Assembly (NCBI GenBank): GCA_951406725.2
Contig: OX597824.1
Span: 24,118,001 to 24,182,000 of the forward strand
DNA from: Octopus vulgaris
Taxonomy: Eukaryota
DNA: 64,000 nucleotides
Reading direction: 5' to 3'
Part shown: positions 28,160 to 39,418 of the stretch, piece after piece
How positions within the stretch are numbered: position 1 is the stretch's first letter
Layout of the letters: every line of letters begins with the position of its first letter
Translations under genes and position numbers: made by a program
Notes under the pieces: model-generated
Database searches by the model: none
The model's input: only the letters and a program-made list of their open reading frames with translations
What the model was told of the DNA's origin: nothing

Positions 28160-28740
28160 GATTGTGTGTGTGTATGTGTGTGTGTGTTTGTGTCTGTGTC
28201 TATCCGTGTATGTAGCCATGAGTGTATGTGTGTGCCTGTGTGTCTGTGTATCACCGTGTGAGAGTTTGTGTGATTGTGTGTGTGTGTGTGTCTATCCGTG
28301 TATATAGCCAAGTGTATGTGTGTATGTGTATGTGTCTATCCGTGTATGTAGCCATGAGTGTGTGTGTGTGCCTGTGTGTCTGTGTGTTAGCGTGTGAGAG
28401 TTTGTGCGATTGTGTGTGTGTGTGTGTCTATCCGTGTATATAGCCAAGTGTATGTGCGTATGTGTATGTGTCTATCCGTGTATGTAGCCATGAGTATGTG
28501 TGTTTGTCTGTGTCTGTGTGTCAGCGTGTGAGAGTTTGTGTGATTGTGTGCGTGTCTGTGTCTATCCGTGTACGTAGCCATGAGTGTGTGAGTATGTGTG
28601 TGTGTGTGTGTCTCTGTGTGTGTGTGTGTCTGTGTCTATCCGTGAATGCAAGCATATGTATGTCTGTGTGTCAGCGTGTGAGAGTTTGTGTGATTATGTA
28701 TCTGTCTATCCGTGTATGTAGCCATGTGCATGTGTGTGAC
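28160..28740. repeat. Higher-order minisatellite built on (GT)n
   Basis: Recurrent GTGTCTATCCGTGTATGTAGCCA and CAGCGTGTGAGAGTTTGTG blocks in a (GT)n background. Confidence 0.8.
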
Positions 28741-29134
28741 AGTGTGTGAGAGTATATGTAAGTGTGTGTGTGTGTCTTTGAATGTATGAAGCCATGTGTA
28801 TGTGTGTGGATTTGTGTGACAATTTGTGTGAGTGCGTGTGCGCGTGTGTGTGTGTGGTCATGTATGTGTGTTCATGTGTGTGTGTTTATGTGTGTATGTA
28901 GCCATGTGCATATGTGTGTGTCTGCGTGTGAGAGTTTGTGTGAGTGTGTGCGCGTGTATCTGCATGTATGTAACCGTCTGCGAATATGCGCGTGTGCTAT
29001 CCTGTTGTATATGCATACATGTGTGCGTGCATGTGTGTTTGCTTGTGCTTTCATATGTTTGTGCGAATGTGTGAGTGTTTCTGCATGTGCATGTGTATCT
29101 GTGAGAAGTATGTAACCATATCTATGTGTGTGAG

Positions 29135-29720
29135 CGGCGAGCTGGCAGAATCGTTAGCGCGCCAGGCGAAATGCTGAGCGGTATTTCATCTGCCGTTACG
29201 TTCTGAGTTCAAATTCCGCCGAGGTCGACTTTGCCTTTCATCCTTTCGGGGTCTATTTAAATAAATACCAGTTACACACTGGGCTCGATATAATCGACTT
29301 AATCCGTTTGTCTGTCCTTATTTGTCCTCTCTGCGTTTAGCCTCTTGTGAGTAGTAAAGAAATAGGTATTTCGTCTGCCGCTACGTTCTGAGTTCAAATT
29401 CCGCCGAGGTCGACTTTGCCTTTCATTCTTTCGGGGTCGATAAATTAAGTACCAGTTACGCACTGAGGTCGATGTAATCGACTTAATCCGTTTATCTGTC
29501 CTTGTTTGTCCCCTCTGTTTTTAGCCCCTTTTGGGTAGTAAAGAAATAGGTATTTTGTCTGCCGTTACGTTCTGAGTTCAGACTCCGCCGGAGTCGACTT
29601 TGCCTTTCATCCTTTCGGGGTCGATTAAATAAGTATGAGTTGCGCACTGGAGTCGATCTAATCGACTTAACTTTATTTGTCCCTTCTATGTTTAGTCTCT
29701 TGTGGGCAATAAAGAAATAT
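29135..29720 (+). mobile_element. Three-unit tandem array of the Meta-like SINE
   Basis: Full head GCGGCGAGCTGGCAGAATCG, then units restarting at GGTATTT(C/T)GTCTGCCG after AAAGAAATA. Confidence 0.85.
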
Positions 29721-29904
29721 ATGTATGTGTGTGTGTGTGAGTGTGATGTGCTATAAGTGCAGTGGTATTGAAACCAGTATACGTACGTGTGTGTTGTTTA
29801 CGTAAGTGCGTGCGTGGATGTAGCCATATGTATGTGCGCACGTGATGTCCTTTATGTGCTGCGATATTGAAAGGAACCTGCGTAGATATGTCTATGATTG
29901 TGTG

Positions 29905-29935
<31 letters not shown>

Positions 29936-30102
29936 TTGTTTATATGTCTGCATCTGTGTATGGGGGGGTGCAATTGTACATGGGTGTGCTCGTTCTGTCC
30001 CCTGATTTTTAATTGGTATAGACGAATGGTTAAATACCTCGATTTACCATAATTAAGTATTGCATTTCGAAAATCACCGCTTAGTGGCATCTTACAGGGC
30101 TG

Positions 30103-30154
<52 letters not shown>

Positions 30155-30200
30155 TTAGCTACTACACGCACTTTTTTCTCTCCTAGTTTTTTTCTGTGTA

Positions 30201-30238
30201 TCTTTCTGTCGAAGAGCGTAGGCTCGAAACGTAAAAGA
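30201..30238 (+). ncRNA. Minimal hammerhead ribozyme (A6U variant) in a ~180-bp element in (TA)n
   Basis: tcttt-CTGTCGA-a-gagc(gtag)gctc-GAAA-cg-TA-aaaga. Confidence 0.7.
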
Positions 30239-30334
30239 CTTTTTCTATTCCTGAGCGCTATACTAAAACATTTGTTTGTTTGTACTCCACCTGCCTTCGT
30301 CTTTTGTCTATTTTCGTAAACTTTCCCTTTATAG

Positions 30335-30389
<55 letters not shown>

Positions 30390-30392
30390 TAT

Positions 30393-30439
<47 letters not shown>

Positions 30440-30443
<4 letters not shown>

Positions 30444-30568
30444 TAAAAAGAATTCCAACCTTGTCTGATTTTCACGTTTTATTTACAATCTTATAATGAT
30501 ATATTATAAGATAATATATTATAATTGAATAAAATAAAATGAAATAGTAGAATGTTAAATATTCATTC
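30440..30568 (-). repeat. PLE 3' pseudo-LTR segment (direct repeat of 34710-34838)
   Basis: TTAATAAAAAGAATTCCAACCTTGTCTG...AAATATTCATTC is near-identical in both copies (one T indel). Confidence 0.92.
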
Positions 30569-30572
30569 TGAT

Positions 30573-30617
30573 TGAACTAGTACTTTCATGCATTGAATTC
30601 TGCAATCTTCGGGTTCA
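30573..30617 (-). ncRNA. PLE pseudo-LTR hammerhead ribozyme (U4C variant)
   Basis: Minus strand: tgaac-CCGAAGA-t-tgca(gaattcaa)tgca-t-GAAA-gtac-TA-gttca; on the sense strand of the element. Confidence 0.85.
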
Positions 30618-30677
30618 TGTAGTAGTGTTGACAGTCATGCTTCACAATTTTTGACTGTAGCAAGATGAGTGATTCTG

Positions 30678-30797
30678 TGCTATAAATACAGCTGGGTAGG
30701 CTCCAGAGTGCTAGGTTTTGCAAACTGTATTCTGACCAATCAGTGTGTAGTATCACTCAATTACTTAAGCTGATTGGTTGGTTGAGCTGATTGGTTT
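30678..30797 (-). promoter_or_regulatory. Putative PLE pLTR promoter (three CCAAT boxes and a TATTTATA box)
   Basis: CCAATCAG twice on minus (30770-30797), once on plus (~30736), and TATTTATAG ~60 nt upstream of the HHR. Confidence 0.5.
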
Positions 30798-31111
30798 AGG
30801 CATCACGCTTTGTTGGACAGGTCAAGAGTCCTGTATCTTGACCCTGGCCGAAGCAGCAATTGTTGGGTTATTTTTAGAAATGTTGTAAATATCCTTTGTC
30901 AGAGATTTTTATATTTTTATATTTCAATTGTCATCATCATCATTGTCAGCACCTTAATTATTGTTGCTAGTGGTGATGGTGGTGGCAATAGAACTTTTAA
31001 CCCTAAATAAGATAATTTTCCTGCTATCTTCGTCTTGATCACCTTTAGTATTGTTGTTGTTGTTAGTGGTCATGGTCGTAGCAGTGGAAGTAATACCTCT
31101 AAGTATTATTA

Positions 31112-33445
31112 TTATTGCTTATTTAGCTTGGGTTCGAATTTATTAATAAAATTCTTTTCTCTGATTTTCCTCTCGATTTCACTTGGGCTGTGTAATTTGT
31201 AGAATGGAAATATTATATATATTTTCCGACCACATGTTGCTAGGTGGTTACTCAAAGGTATCTGACGGACCTCTGGGTCTCTAATCTGTTGCCGGTGTAC
31301 ACGTGAGCGTTCTAATAGTGCGTTTCCCGTCTGACCTACATATATTTCTTCACAATTTGGGCATTTGATGCAGTAAATTAAATTTCTGCTTTTGCAGTTC
31401 ATATTCGCGTTTGTGAATATTTTCCCGGTTTTTGTGTTTATATATTGACCGGTATGTATGAATTGGCATGTGCCACATCGGCTATCATTGCATTTAGATA
31501 CCGTGAATGTTTGGTCTTTGTTGCTGAGGTCAAATTTTGCCTTTGTTAGTAATGTTTTCAAGTTTTTAGGCTGTCTTTTACTAAGCACCATAGCTCGATC
31601 CTTGATTATGTCTTTTAATTCATTACTTTGGGCAATGATTAGTAGGTTTGCTTTGGCAATGTTGAAGATATTCTGGTGACATGGGTTGTGTGTCACTATG
31701 AATGGTATGACTTGTTCTTGTTTTCCTCTTCCTTGGGTTGTCCTAAGTTGTTGTATAGGTATTTTTATAGCCCGCTGTATGCCATTTTCTATAAGTAGAG
31801 ATGGGTATTTTTGTTTGAGCAAAAATTCTCTTAGTTCTATTAGGCGTTTGTTCCTGATATTTGCATCTTCTACAATAGTACAAATTCTTCTGGCTAGGCA
31901 GTATGGGATGTTACGTTTTGTATGTGGTGGATGGCACGACTTAAAATTTAGGTATTGATGTGTGTCTGTGTGTTTATAGTATATATCTGTGGTGATGGTG
32001 GTGTCTTTTTTAATTACCATTATATCCAGGAATGGTAATTTGGTACTACTCATCTCCTTTGTAAATTTGAGAGATGGGTGTAGGTTGTTCAGGAGGATAT
32101 TGAACTCTTCCAGAGTATTTAGAGATTCTGTCCAGATTATGAAACAGTCGTCTAGGTATCTCTTCCATGCCTTTTCAATATACTTTCTAAATCCAGTGCC
32201 ATAGTTTACCTCCACCTCTTGGTAGAGTTGTTCTTCTAAGTATCCCATTACAGAGTTGGCGTAAACGGGAGCAAACCTCGTTCCCATCGCCGTGCCTCTA
32301 ATTTGGATGTAATTCTTTCCATTGAAGAAGAATGTGTTATTTTCTAGAATAAGTTTGACTGTGTCTAATATAAATGGCACTGTGAATCTGCTGGGAATCA
32401 CTTCTCTATGTTTTTCTAACCAGTATTTAATCGCCTTTATTCCTAAATCGTGTGGAATATTGGTGTAGAGGCTTACCACATCAAAACTTAGTAAAACTGA
32501 ATTTGTTTCTGTTGTTTTGGGAAGATGGGACAGGAAGTCGATGTCATCCCTGATGAAACTTGGTATGTAAGTACATAGTGGTTTCAAAACAATGTCAATA
32601 AAATTGCTTAGACGGTGTGTAGGGCATGCTGGACCAGCTATAATAGGTCTAAGTTTTAGGTCTTTTGGATGTAATAATTTTATGTACTCACTTTCTTGTT
32701 CTTTTACTGCCTGTTGAATGTTTTTTGATTTGTGTATTTTTGGTAAGCCGTAGAAGTTGCTGGGTTTTGGTTCAAAATTGGTGATGTAGTCTTTTTCATT
32801 ATCCGTAAGTGAGTTGTGGTGTGTTGAAATCAGGTTGTTGATCTTTTTCATGATGTGGTGGTCTATATTTGCGGGTATTTCACAATAGAAGGTTGTATCC
32901 TTCAGTTGGTCTTCAACCAAATCCTTATAGTATTCGGTATCCATAATAACAATTGCACCACCTTTATCTGCTTGTTTAATTATTATTGTTTGATCGTTTT
33001 GTATACGTTTACATGCAGACATCTCTGATTTGCTAATGTTTGGCCTAACATTGGTATTGCGTCTAAGGGGAAATTTAGACAGGATATCAATGTATTGGTC
33101 AAGGTAGTTATTTCTTCCTTTTGGTGGGGTGAAATTTGATTTATTCCTTACTAGGGATTCATCAATCTCATTACTTTTGTTAGCGAAGAATTCTACAAGT
33201 CGTAATTTTCGACAGAATTTTTGGATATCCTCCTTTAATTCTTGGTGGTTGGCTGTTGGTGTAGGTGTGAATTTCAGTCCTTTTGACAGAAGTTGGATTT
33301 CATCATTGTCAAGATCTCTTTTTGATAAATTAATTATTTTAGGATCTATACGTTCAGTTGTTTGGGGTATGTTTCCTCTTGGATTTTTCTTTCTCCGGTG
33401 TTTGTTGTCCTGACGTAAAAAAATGGATTTTTTTCTGGTTATGAT
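31112..33445 (-). CDS. PLE reverse transcriptase + GIY-YIG endonuclease (ORF2; open stop-to-stop from 33445, first ATG at 33022)
   Basis: N-terminal IINLSKRDL..EIQLLSKGLKFTPTP (upstream of the ATG), ADKGG, FYGLPKIHK, LRPII, FDVVSLYTNI, GTAMG, RYLDD, LPFLD, CxxxxCxxC linker, LIYCIKCPNCEEIYVGQT. Confidence 0.93.
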   Translation of the reverse strand: MITRKKSIFLRQDNKHRRKKNPRGNIPQTTERIDPKIINLSKRDLDNDEIQLLSKGLKFTPTPTANHQELKEDIQKFCRKLRLVEFFANKSNEIDESLVRNKSNFTPPKGRNNYLDQYIDILSKFPLRRNTNVRPNISKSEMSACKRIQNDQTIIIKQADKGGAIVIMDTEYYKDLVEDQLKDTTFYCEIPANIDHHIMKKINNLISTHHNSLTDNEKDYITNFEPKPSNFYGLPKIHKSKNIQQAVKEQESEYIKLLHPKDLKLRPIIAGPACPTHRLSNFIDIVLKPLCTYIPSFIRDDIDFLSHLPKTTETNSVLLSFDVVSLYTNIPHDLGIKAIKYWLEKHREVIPSRFTVPFILDTVKLILENNTFFFNGKNYIQIRGTAMGTRFAPVYANSVMGYLEEQLYQEVEVNYGTGFRKYIEKAWKRYLDDCFIIWTESLNTLEEFNILLNNLHPSLKFTKEMSSTKLPFLDIMVIKKDTTITTDIYYKHTDTHQYLNFKSCHPPHTKRNIPYCLARRICTIVEDANIRNKRLIELREFLLKQKYPSLLIENGIQRAIKIPIQQLRTTQGRGKQEQVIPFIVTHNPCHQNIFNIAKANLLIIAQSNELKDIIKDRAMVLSKRQPKNLKTLLTKAKFDLSNKDQTFTVSKCNDSRCGTCQFIHTGQYINTKTGKIFTNANMNCKSRNLIYCIKCPNCEEIYVGQTGNALLERSRVHRQQIRDPEVRQIPLSNHLATCGRKIYIIFPFYKLHSPSEIERKIREKNFINKFEPKLNKQ

Positions 33446-34637
33446 TTATATTCCTGTTGATGTTTGCTTGATGAATTTTGCGTTTTGGTTGTGGTACTTT
33501 ACTTGGTTTCGTTATGTTTTCTGTCTTGTTTTTGGTATTATGTATGCTACTTTTCAATTTCTTGTTAGCATTGTTTTTAACCACCTGGAGAAATGATCTG
33601 GGTTTACTTCTAGATCTAGATCGGTTTTTTGTCCAGTTTCTTGTGGGTAATCTCTGTTGAGGTCTTGAAAATGATCTCCTGTTATTTCTACTGCTAATGG
33701 TCTGTTCAAAACAATATCTATTTTGTTTGTGCTTTTTGTTCATGTTGTGTGCATTAGGGTGTTTGCATACAAAATGGGAAGAGTTCTTACCGTAGTTCGT
33801 CTTCGATTCGTGGTGAAACGGGTGTTCATGTTGCCACGTGTTCTGGTGTATGTTGCGTTGGTGAGGTTGTCCACTTTTAATGCTATTTCTCGGAGTTCTG
33901 GTGTCTTTACCGTAATTTGTAGCATATTTGTCGAGAAATAATTGTTTCCGCTGCCAAAACTTTCTTGATCTGCTTTCTTCTTTTGAGATATCTCTGATCC
34001 ATAGTTCTCGCATTTTTTCTGCTATATTGCCGGTCGTTAGTTTGGATATTTCATCTCTGATTTGATCATCGATAGCTTCGTATTTGGCTTTGTAGCGGGA
34101 TTGTTTAGACAGGGTAATGGAGATGTCGGTCCTGAATTTTATCAAACTAAGGTCCCATCGAAGTTTAGTTTCTTCCTCTGGTTCTCCTGCAATTTCTTTA
34201 ATTAGGTACTTCCGAGGAAGTATGGGTGCCGCTAAAGATATCCATTTCGAATGTATTTCAGCATATTTTTCGCATTTATATGCCTTCCAGAAGTTTTGTT
34301 TTCTTATGTTAAGGAGTTTTTTCCATGTCTTCTGTATCTCTTCTCTTTTTCGGTGTGCCTCTTTTTCCAGATTTCTTTCGTTTATTTCTGACATCCAAGG
34401 AGGTTGTGGTAGGCTTTCTCTTGTAGATTTTATAATTGTTGGTATCATTTCAGCTAAATTCTTAATTTCAGAGTTTATGTGTTCATTTCCAAGTTTTCCG
34501 TCTGTAGACTGTTTTTCTATTTCCTTTAAAATAGAGGATTGTGTGTCAATCATCGTGATGAGTGTTGATAATTTCGATGAAATTTCCATTAGAATTCTTT
34601 CGGATTCTGTTAATTTTGTTTGTTGCTTTCCAGACAT
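33354..34637 (-). CDS. PLE ORF1, 427 aa, unknown family (predicted helical N-half, basic/RS-rich C-half)
   Basis: Uninterrupted ATG-started ORF of non-repetitive composition between the 5' repeat and ORF2; overlaps ORF2 by 92 nt. Confidence 0.85.
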   Translation of the reverse strand: MSGKQQTKLTESERILMEISSKLSTLITMIDTQSSILKEIEKQSTDGKLGNEHINSEIKNLAEMIPTIIKSTRESLPQPPWMSEINERNLEKEAHRKREEIQKTWKKLLNIRKQNFWKAYKCEKYAEIHSKWISLAAPILPRKYLIKEIAGEPEEETKLRWDLSLIKFRTDISITLSKQSRYKAKYEAIDDQIRDEISKLTTGNIAEKMRELWIRDISKEESRSRKFWQRKQLFLDKYATNYGKDTRTPRNSIKSGQPHQRNIHQNTWQHEHPFHHESKTNYGKNSSHFVCKHPNAHNMNKKHKQNRYCFEQTISSRNNRRSFSRPQQRLPTRNWTKNRSRSRSKPRSFLQVVKNNANKKLKSSIHNTKNKTENITKPSKVPQPKRKIHQANINRNINHNQKKIHFFTSGQQTPEKEKSKRKHTPNN

Positions 34638-34709
34638 GTTGGCATATACACAATAGGAATATAGATATATATATATATGGGTGTGTGTGATTGTGTATAG
34701 AAGAATATA

Positions 34710-34984
<275 letters not shown>

Positions 34985-35042
34985 TGCGCATACACACACA
35001 CATACGAGTATATGCATGTATGTATGCACAAACCCATATATA

Positions 35043-35279
35043 CAGGGTTGCCCAAATGTCAGACAGTAAATCAAAATTCCATAAATACTTAATATTCAAT
35101 TTTATTTATTCATTTCAATTATTAATGATTAATAATTGAATGATGTGAGTTAAAAATCACCATTTTTTTTTCAACATTTGTCTATTTGTTGATGAAGTCT
35201 CATATAAGATTTTTTTTTGTTTTAATCTTGGAATTTAATAGGTTTTATTTTACCGCCAGGTGCCTTTTGGCCAATCCTG
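35043..35279. mobile_element. Tc1/mariner-type MITE (degenerate)
   Basis: TA-CAGGGTTGCCCAAA ... TTTGGCCAATCCTG-TA. Confidence 0.55.
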
Positions 35280-35515
35280 TATATGCATGCTTATATAAAG
35301 TGAAGGCGCGTGGCCTACTGGTTAGGGTGTTGCATTCACGATCGCTAGATTGTGTGTACGATTCCCAGACATTGTACAGACACTGTCGATTTGATGGAGG
35401 GAGTGAGCTTATCTAAACACAGACATTTCTTCACTATAAACAAACTATTTGTGTGGTTGTTCTGCAGGAAATCACTCAGCCCTCATCGCTTAACGACGGA
35501 AGAGATCATAAAATA

Positions 35516-35599
<84 letters not shown>

Positions 35600-35703
35600 T
35601 GATAAAAATGGTAAGACAACAGAAGAAAGAAAGAGACCTCGATATTATGTAAATAGAGGAATTTATTAGTAAATGTAATATGTGACAATTATTCGGTAGC
35701 CAT

Positions 35704-35764
35704 GATAAAACTCCGAGTTTCGGATGCCGAGGTGGAAAACCACGCCGTCATCTCTTCAGTTATC
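35704..35764 (-). ncRNA. Hammerhead ribozyme within a ~140-bp palindrome (35686-35827)
   Basis: Minus strand: gataa-CTGAAGA-gatg...catc-c-GAAA-ctc(g)gag-TT-ttatc; the inverted arm repeats only the 3' half. Confidence 0.8.
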
Positions 35765-35838
35765 CGGCCGTGGTTTTCCACCTCGGCATCCGAAACTCGG
35801 AGTTTTATCATGGCTACTGAATGATTGGTATATACATA

Positions 35839-35890
<52 letters not shown>

Positions 35891-36064
35891 TGTGCGCGTA
35901 TGAGTGTACCTACATACATACATACATACATACATACATACATACATACATACATACATAAAGTTAATCCAAATATGAAAACACAAAGAGAAAACACAAC
36001 AAGGTGAGGACATGAAACAAGTATAGTGTTATTGGACGCTCAGGAAAGGAAAGAGAGAAGGGGA

Positions 36065-36099
36065 ATTCAACGTTTCGAGCGGAGCTCTTCGTCAGAAAC
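36065..36099 (-). ncRNA. Minimal hammerhead ribozyme
   Basis: Minus strand: gttt-CTGACGA-a-gagc(tcc)gctc-GAAA-cg-TT-gaat; element 35963-36172, with a related tail fragment at ~7630-7720. Confidence 0.75.
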
Positions 36100-36525
36100 A
36101 TAGAAGAAAGAAAGATCCAAGGAAGGGAAGACGGAGGGAAAAAAATCGCCAACGATACACACGCGGTCACATATTGAATGACCCGAAGGGAATGAGTGGA
36201 GAAAAAGTTATATCAAAGACAGGAGAGTGCAAGAGGAGGTACGTGTGTGTATGTGTGGAAATGTGCGTCCGCGTAGATCTGTGTGTGTGTGTGTGTATGT
36301 GTGAGTGTATGCGTGTGTGTGTCTGTGTGTGTGTGGTTGGGCTTAGTATCGTTTAAGGTCATAGTAAGAATGATAGTAGGAGTGGCTCTTGTTGTGTCTC
36401 TACCTACCCATGCGCGTAGGAGAATGGTCAGTGGAAGGTACTGGTAGTTTGAAATATGTGTGTGTGCGTGTATGTATATGTATTATGTGTGTGTTTTGTT
36501 TCCAGTACATACATACATACATACA

Positions 36526-36556
<31 letters not shown>

Positions 36557-36899
36557 TGGCGTGGCTCTGTGATAAGAAGTTTGCTTCCCAACCGTATGGC
36601 TCCGGGTTCAATCCCACTGTGTGGCACCTTGGGCAAGTGTCTTGTACTATAGCCTTGGGCTGACCAAGTTCTTGCGAGTGGATTTGGTAAACGGAATCTG
36701 AATGAAGACCGTTGTATAGCGGTTCAGCCTAAAACACCGATGGAATAAGTACTAGGATTAAAAAGAAAGGCAAATACTGGACTCAATTCATTCTAATGAC
36801 AGAAGCAATGTATGTGTGTGTGTGTGTGTGTGTAACCTGGTCAGCCGAAAATTTGTGACTGAAATGTGGTAAATGGAATCTATAAAGATTATTTGCCAA

Positions 36900-38118
36900 C
36901 GCTAGGAATAAGGCTCGAAATTTTGGAGGAGGGGACCAGTCGATTAGATCGATCCCAGTACGCAACTGGTACTTAATTTATCGACTCCGAAAGGATGAAA
37001 GGCAAAGTAGACCTCAGCGGAATTTGAACTCAGAACGTAACGGCAGACGAAATACCGCTAAGCATTTCGCCCGGCGTGTTAACGTTTCGTATTTCTTTAT
37101 TGCCCACAAGGGGCTAAACATAGAGGGGACAAACAAAGTCAGACAAAGGGATTAAGTCGATTAGATCGACCTCAGTGCGTAACTGGTACTTATTTTATCG
37201 ACTCCGAAAGTATGAAAGGCAAAGTTGACCTCGGCGGAATTTGAACTCAAAACTTAGCGGCAGACGAAATACCTATTTCCTTACTACCCACAAGGGGCTA
37301 AACACAGAGAGGCCAAACAAGAACAGACAAACGGATTAAGTCGATTATATCCGACCCCAGTTCGTAACTGGTACTTATTTAATCGATCCCGAAAGGATGA
37401 AAGGCAAAGCCGACCTCGGGGGAATTTGAACTCACAACGTAAAATCAGACGAATTACCGCTAAGCATTTCGCCCGGTGTGCTAAAGTTTCTTATTTCTTT
37501 ATTGCCCACAAAGGGCTAAACATAATGAGGAAAAACAAAGTCAGAGAAAGGGATTAAGTCGATTTCATCGACCCCCCAGTACGTAACTGGTGCTTAATTT
37601 ATCGACCCCAAAAGGATGAAAGGCAGAGTCAACCTCGGCGGAATTTGAACTCGGAACGTAGCAGCAGACGAAATACCGCTAAGCATTTCGCCCGGCGTGC
37701 TAACGTTTCTCCCAGCTCGCCACCTATGGGAAGAAAAATATTCTTTTCGACTCTAGGCACAAGGCCCGAAATTTTAGTGGAGGGGATTTTAGTCGATTAG
37801 ATCGATCCCAGTACGCAACTGGTACTTAATTTATCGAACCCGAAAGCATGAAAGGCAAAGTCGGCCTCGGAGTACTCAGAACGTAGCGACAGGCGAAATA
37901 TCTATTTCTTTACTACCTACAAGGGGCTAAACACAGAGGAGACAAACACGGACAGACAAACGGATTAAGTCGATTACATCGACCCCAGTGCGTAACAGGT
38001 ACTTAATTTATCGACCCCGAAAGGATGAAAGGCAAAGTTGACATCGACGGAATTTGAACTCAGAACGTAACGGCAGACGAAATACCGCTAAGCATTTCGC
38101 TCGGCATGCTAACGTTTC
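36900..38118 (-). mobile_element. Two adjacent tandem arrays of the Meta-like SINE (~6 units)
   Basis: Same unit as 4950-5893; two junction types and two tail types. Confidence 0.85.
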
Positions 38119-38664
38119 CGGCTATCGACGCACTATCTGCGTCCTTATATTTTTGAACAAGGGAGTTTAGTATCCCCACTCAACTCAGCTGGACACGATG
38201 TTTCCTGGTGCTAAATAACAGTAACATTCGTCCTCACTAGGACTGCCTCATTATGTCGGCAAATAATTTTTATTCTAGAGTACTGTTACTGAATGTTTCT
38301 CGTTCAGAGATTTAGAAATAATGTTTTTCCTATTTATGGAATCTATAAACCTCATCCACCAAAATGTTTTTCCTAGTTATGGAATCTATAAACCTCATCC
38401 ACCAAAATTGACTCACAGAGCACTGATCGGACTGGAAATACAACAGAATATTCTTGTACAGGGTACAAGGTTGTGGGACAGAACTCTAAAACCATGTGAT
38501 TCCAACGTGAACTTCTTAATCCATACAGCCATATGTTTTTGTTTGTATGCCAGCTTGTACAGATGTGCGTGTGTGTGTTCGCGTGTGTATATACGGCTGT
38601 GTGTAATTTTTTTTTTACTTGTGTCAGTGGGTTTGGTAAACGGAAACTGAAAGAAGCCCATCGT

Positions 38665-38718
<54 letters not shown>

Positions 38719-38986
38719 GTGTGTGCGTGTGTACGTATGTATGTATGTATGTATGTATACGACGGGCTTCTTTCAGCTTCCATTTACCAAATCCACTCAC
38801 AAGGGTTTTGTCGGCCCAAAGCTACAGTGGAAGGCACTTACTCAAGGTGCCACGCAGTGAGACTGAACCTGGAACCATGTGGTTGGGAAGCAAGTTTCTT
38901 ACCACACAGCCACGCCTGCGCCTCTCTCTCTCTTTCTCTCTCTGTCTCTCTCTGTCTCTGTCTCTCTCTCTGTCTCTCTCTCTCTC

Positions 38987-39030
<44 letters not shown>

Positions 39031-39033
<3 letters not shown>

Positions 39034-39194
39034 GTTGTGTGGTAAGTAGCTTGCTTACCAACCACATGGTTCCGGGTTCAGTCCCACGGCGTGGCACCTT
39101 GGGCAAGTGTCTTCTACTATAGCCTCGGGCCGACCAAAGCCTTGTGAGTGGATTTGGTAGACGGAAACTGAAAGAAGCCTGTCGTATATATATA

Positions 39195-39225
<31 letters not shown>

Positions 39226-39418
39226 GTTTGTGTGTCTGTGTTTGTCCCCCTAGCATTGCTTGACAACCGATGCTGGTGAGTTTACATCCCCGTAACTTAG
39301 CGGTTCGGCAAAAGAGACCGATAGAATAAGTACTGGGGTTGAATTGCTCAATTAAAGGCGGTGCTCCAGCATGGTCGCAGTCAAATGACTGAAACAAGTA
39401 AAAGAGTAAAAGAGTAAG
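39031..39418 (+). mobile_element. OR/OK-like CORE SINE
   Basis: GTGGTTGTGTGGTAAG...GGGTTCAGTCCC, GGCACCTTGGGCAAGTGTCTT, internal (TA)n, tail AAGTAAAAGAGTAAAAGAG. Confidence 0.85.

Noticed and set aside
31112-33445. Naiad/Chlamys-type (N-terminal endonuclease, selenocysteine) PLE or telomerase
   Set aside because: The GIY-YIG domain is C-terminal, there is no in-frame TGA within ORF2, and I see no TERT-specific motifs.
31458-34656. Plus-strand ORFs antisense to the PLE ORFs
   Set aside because: Shadow ORFs of the real minus-strand coding sequence.
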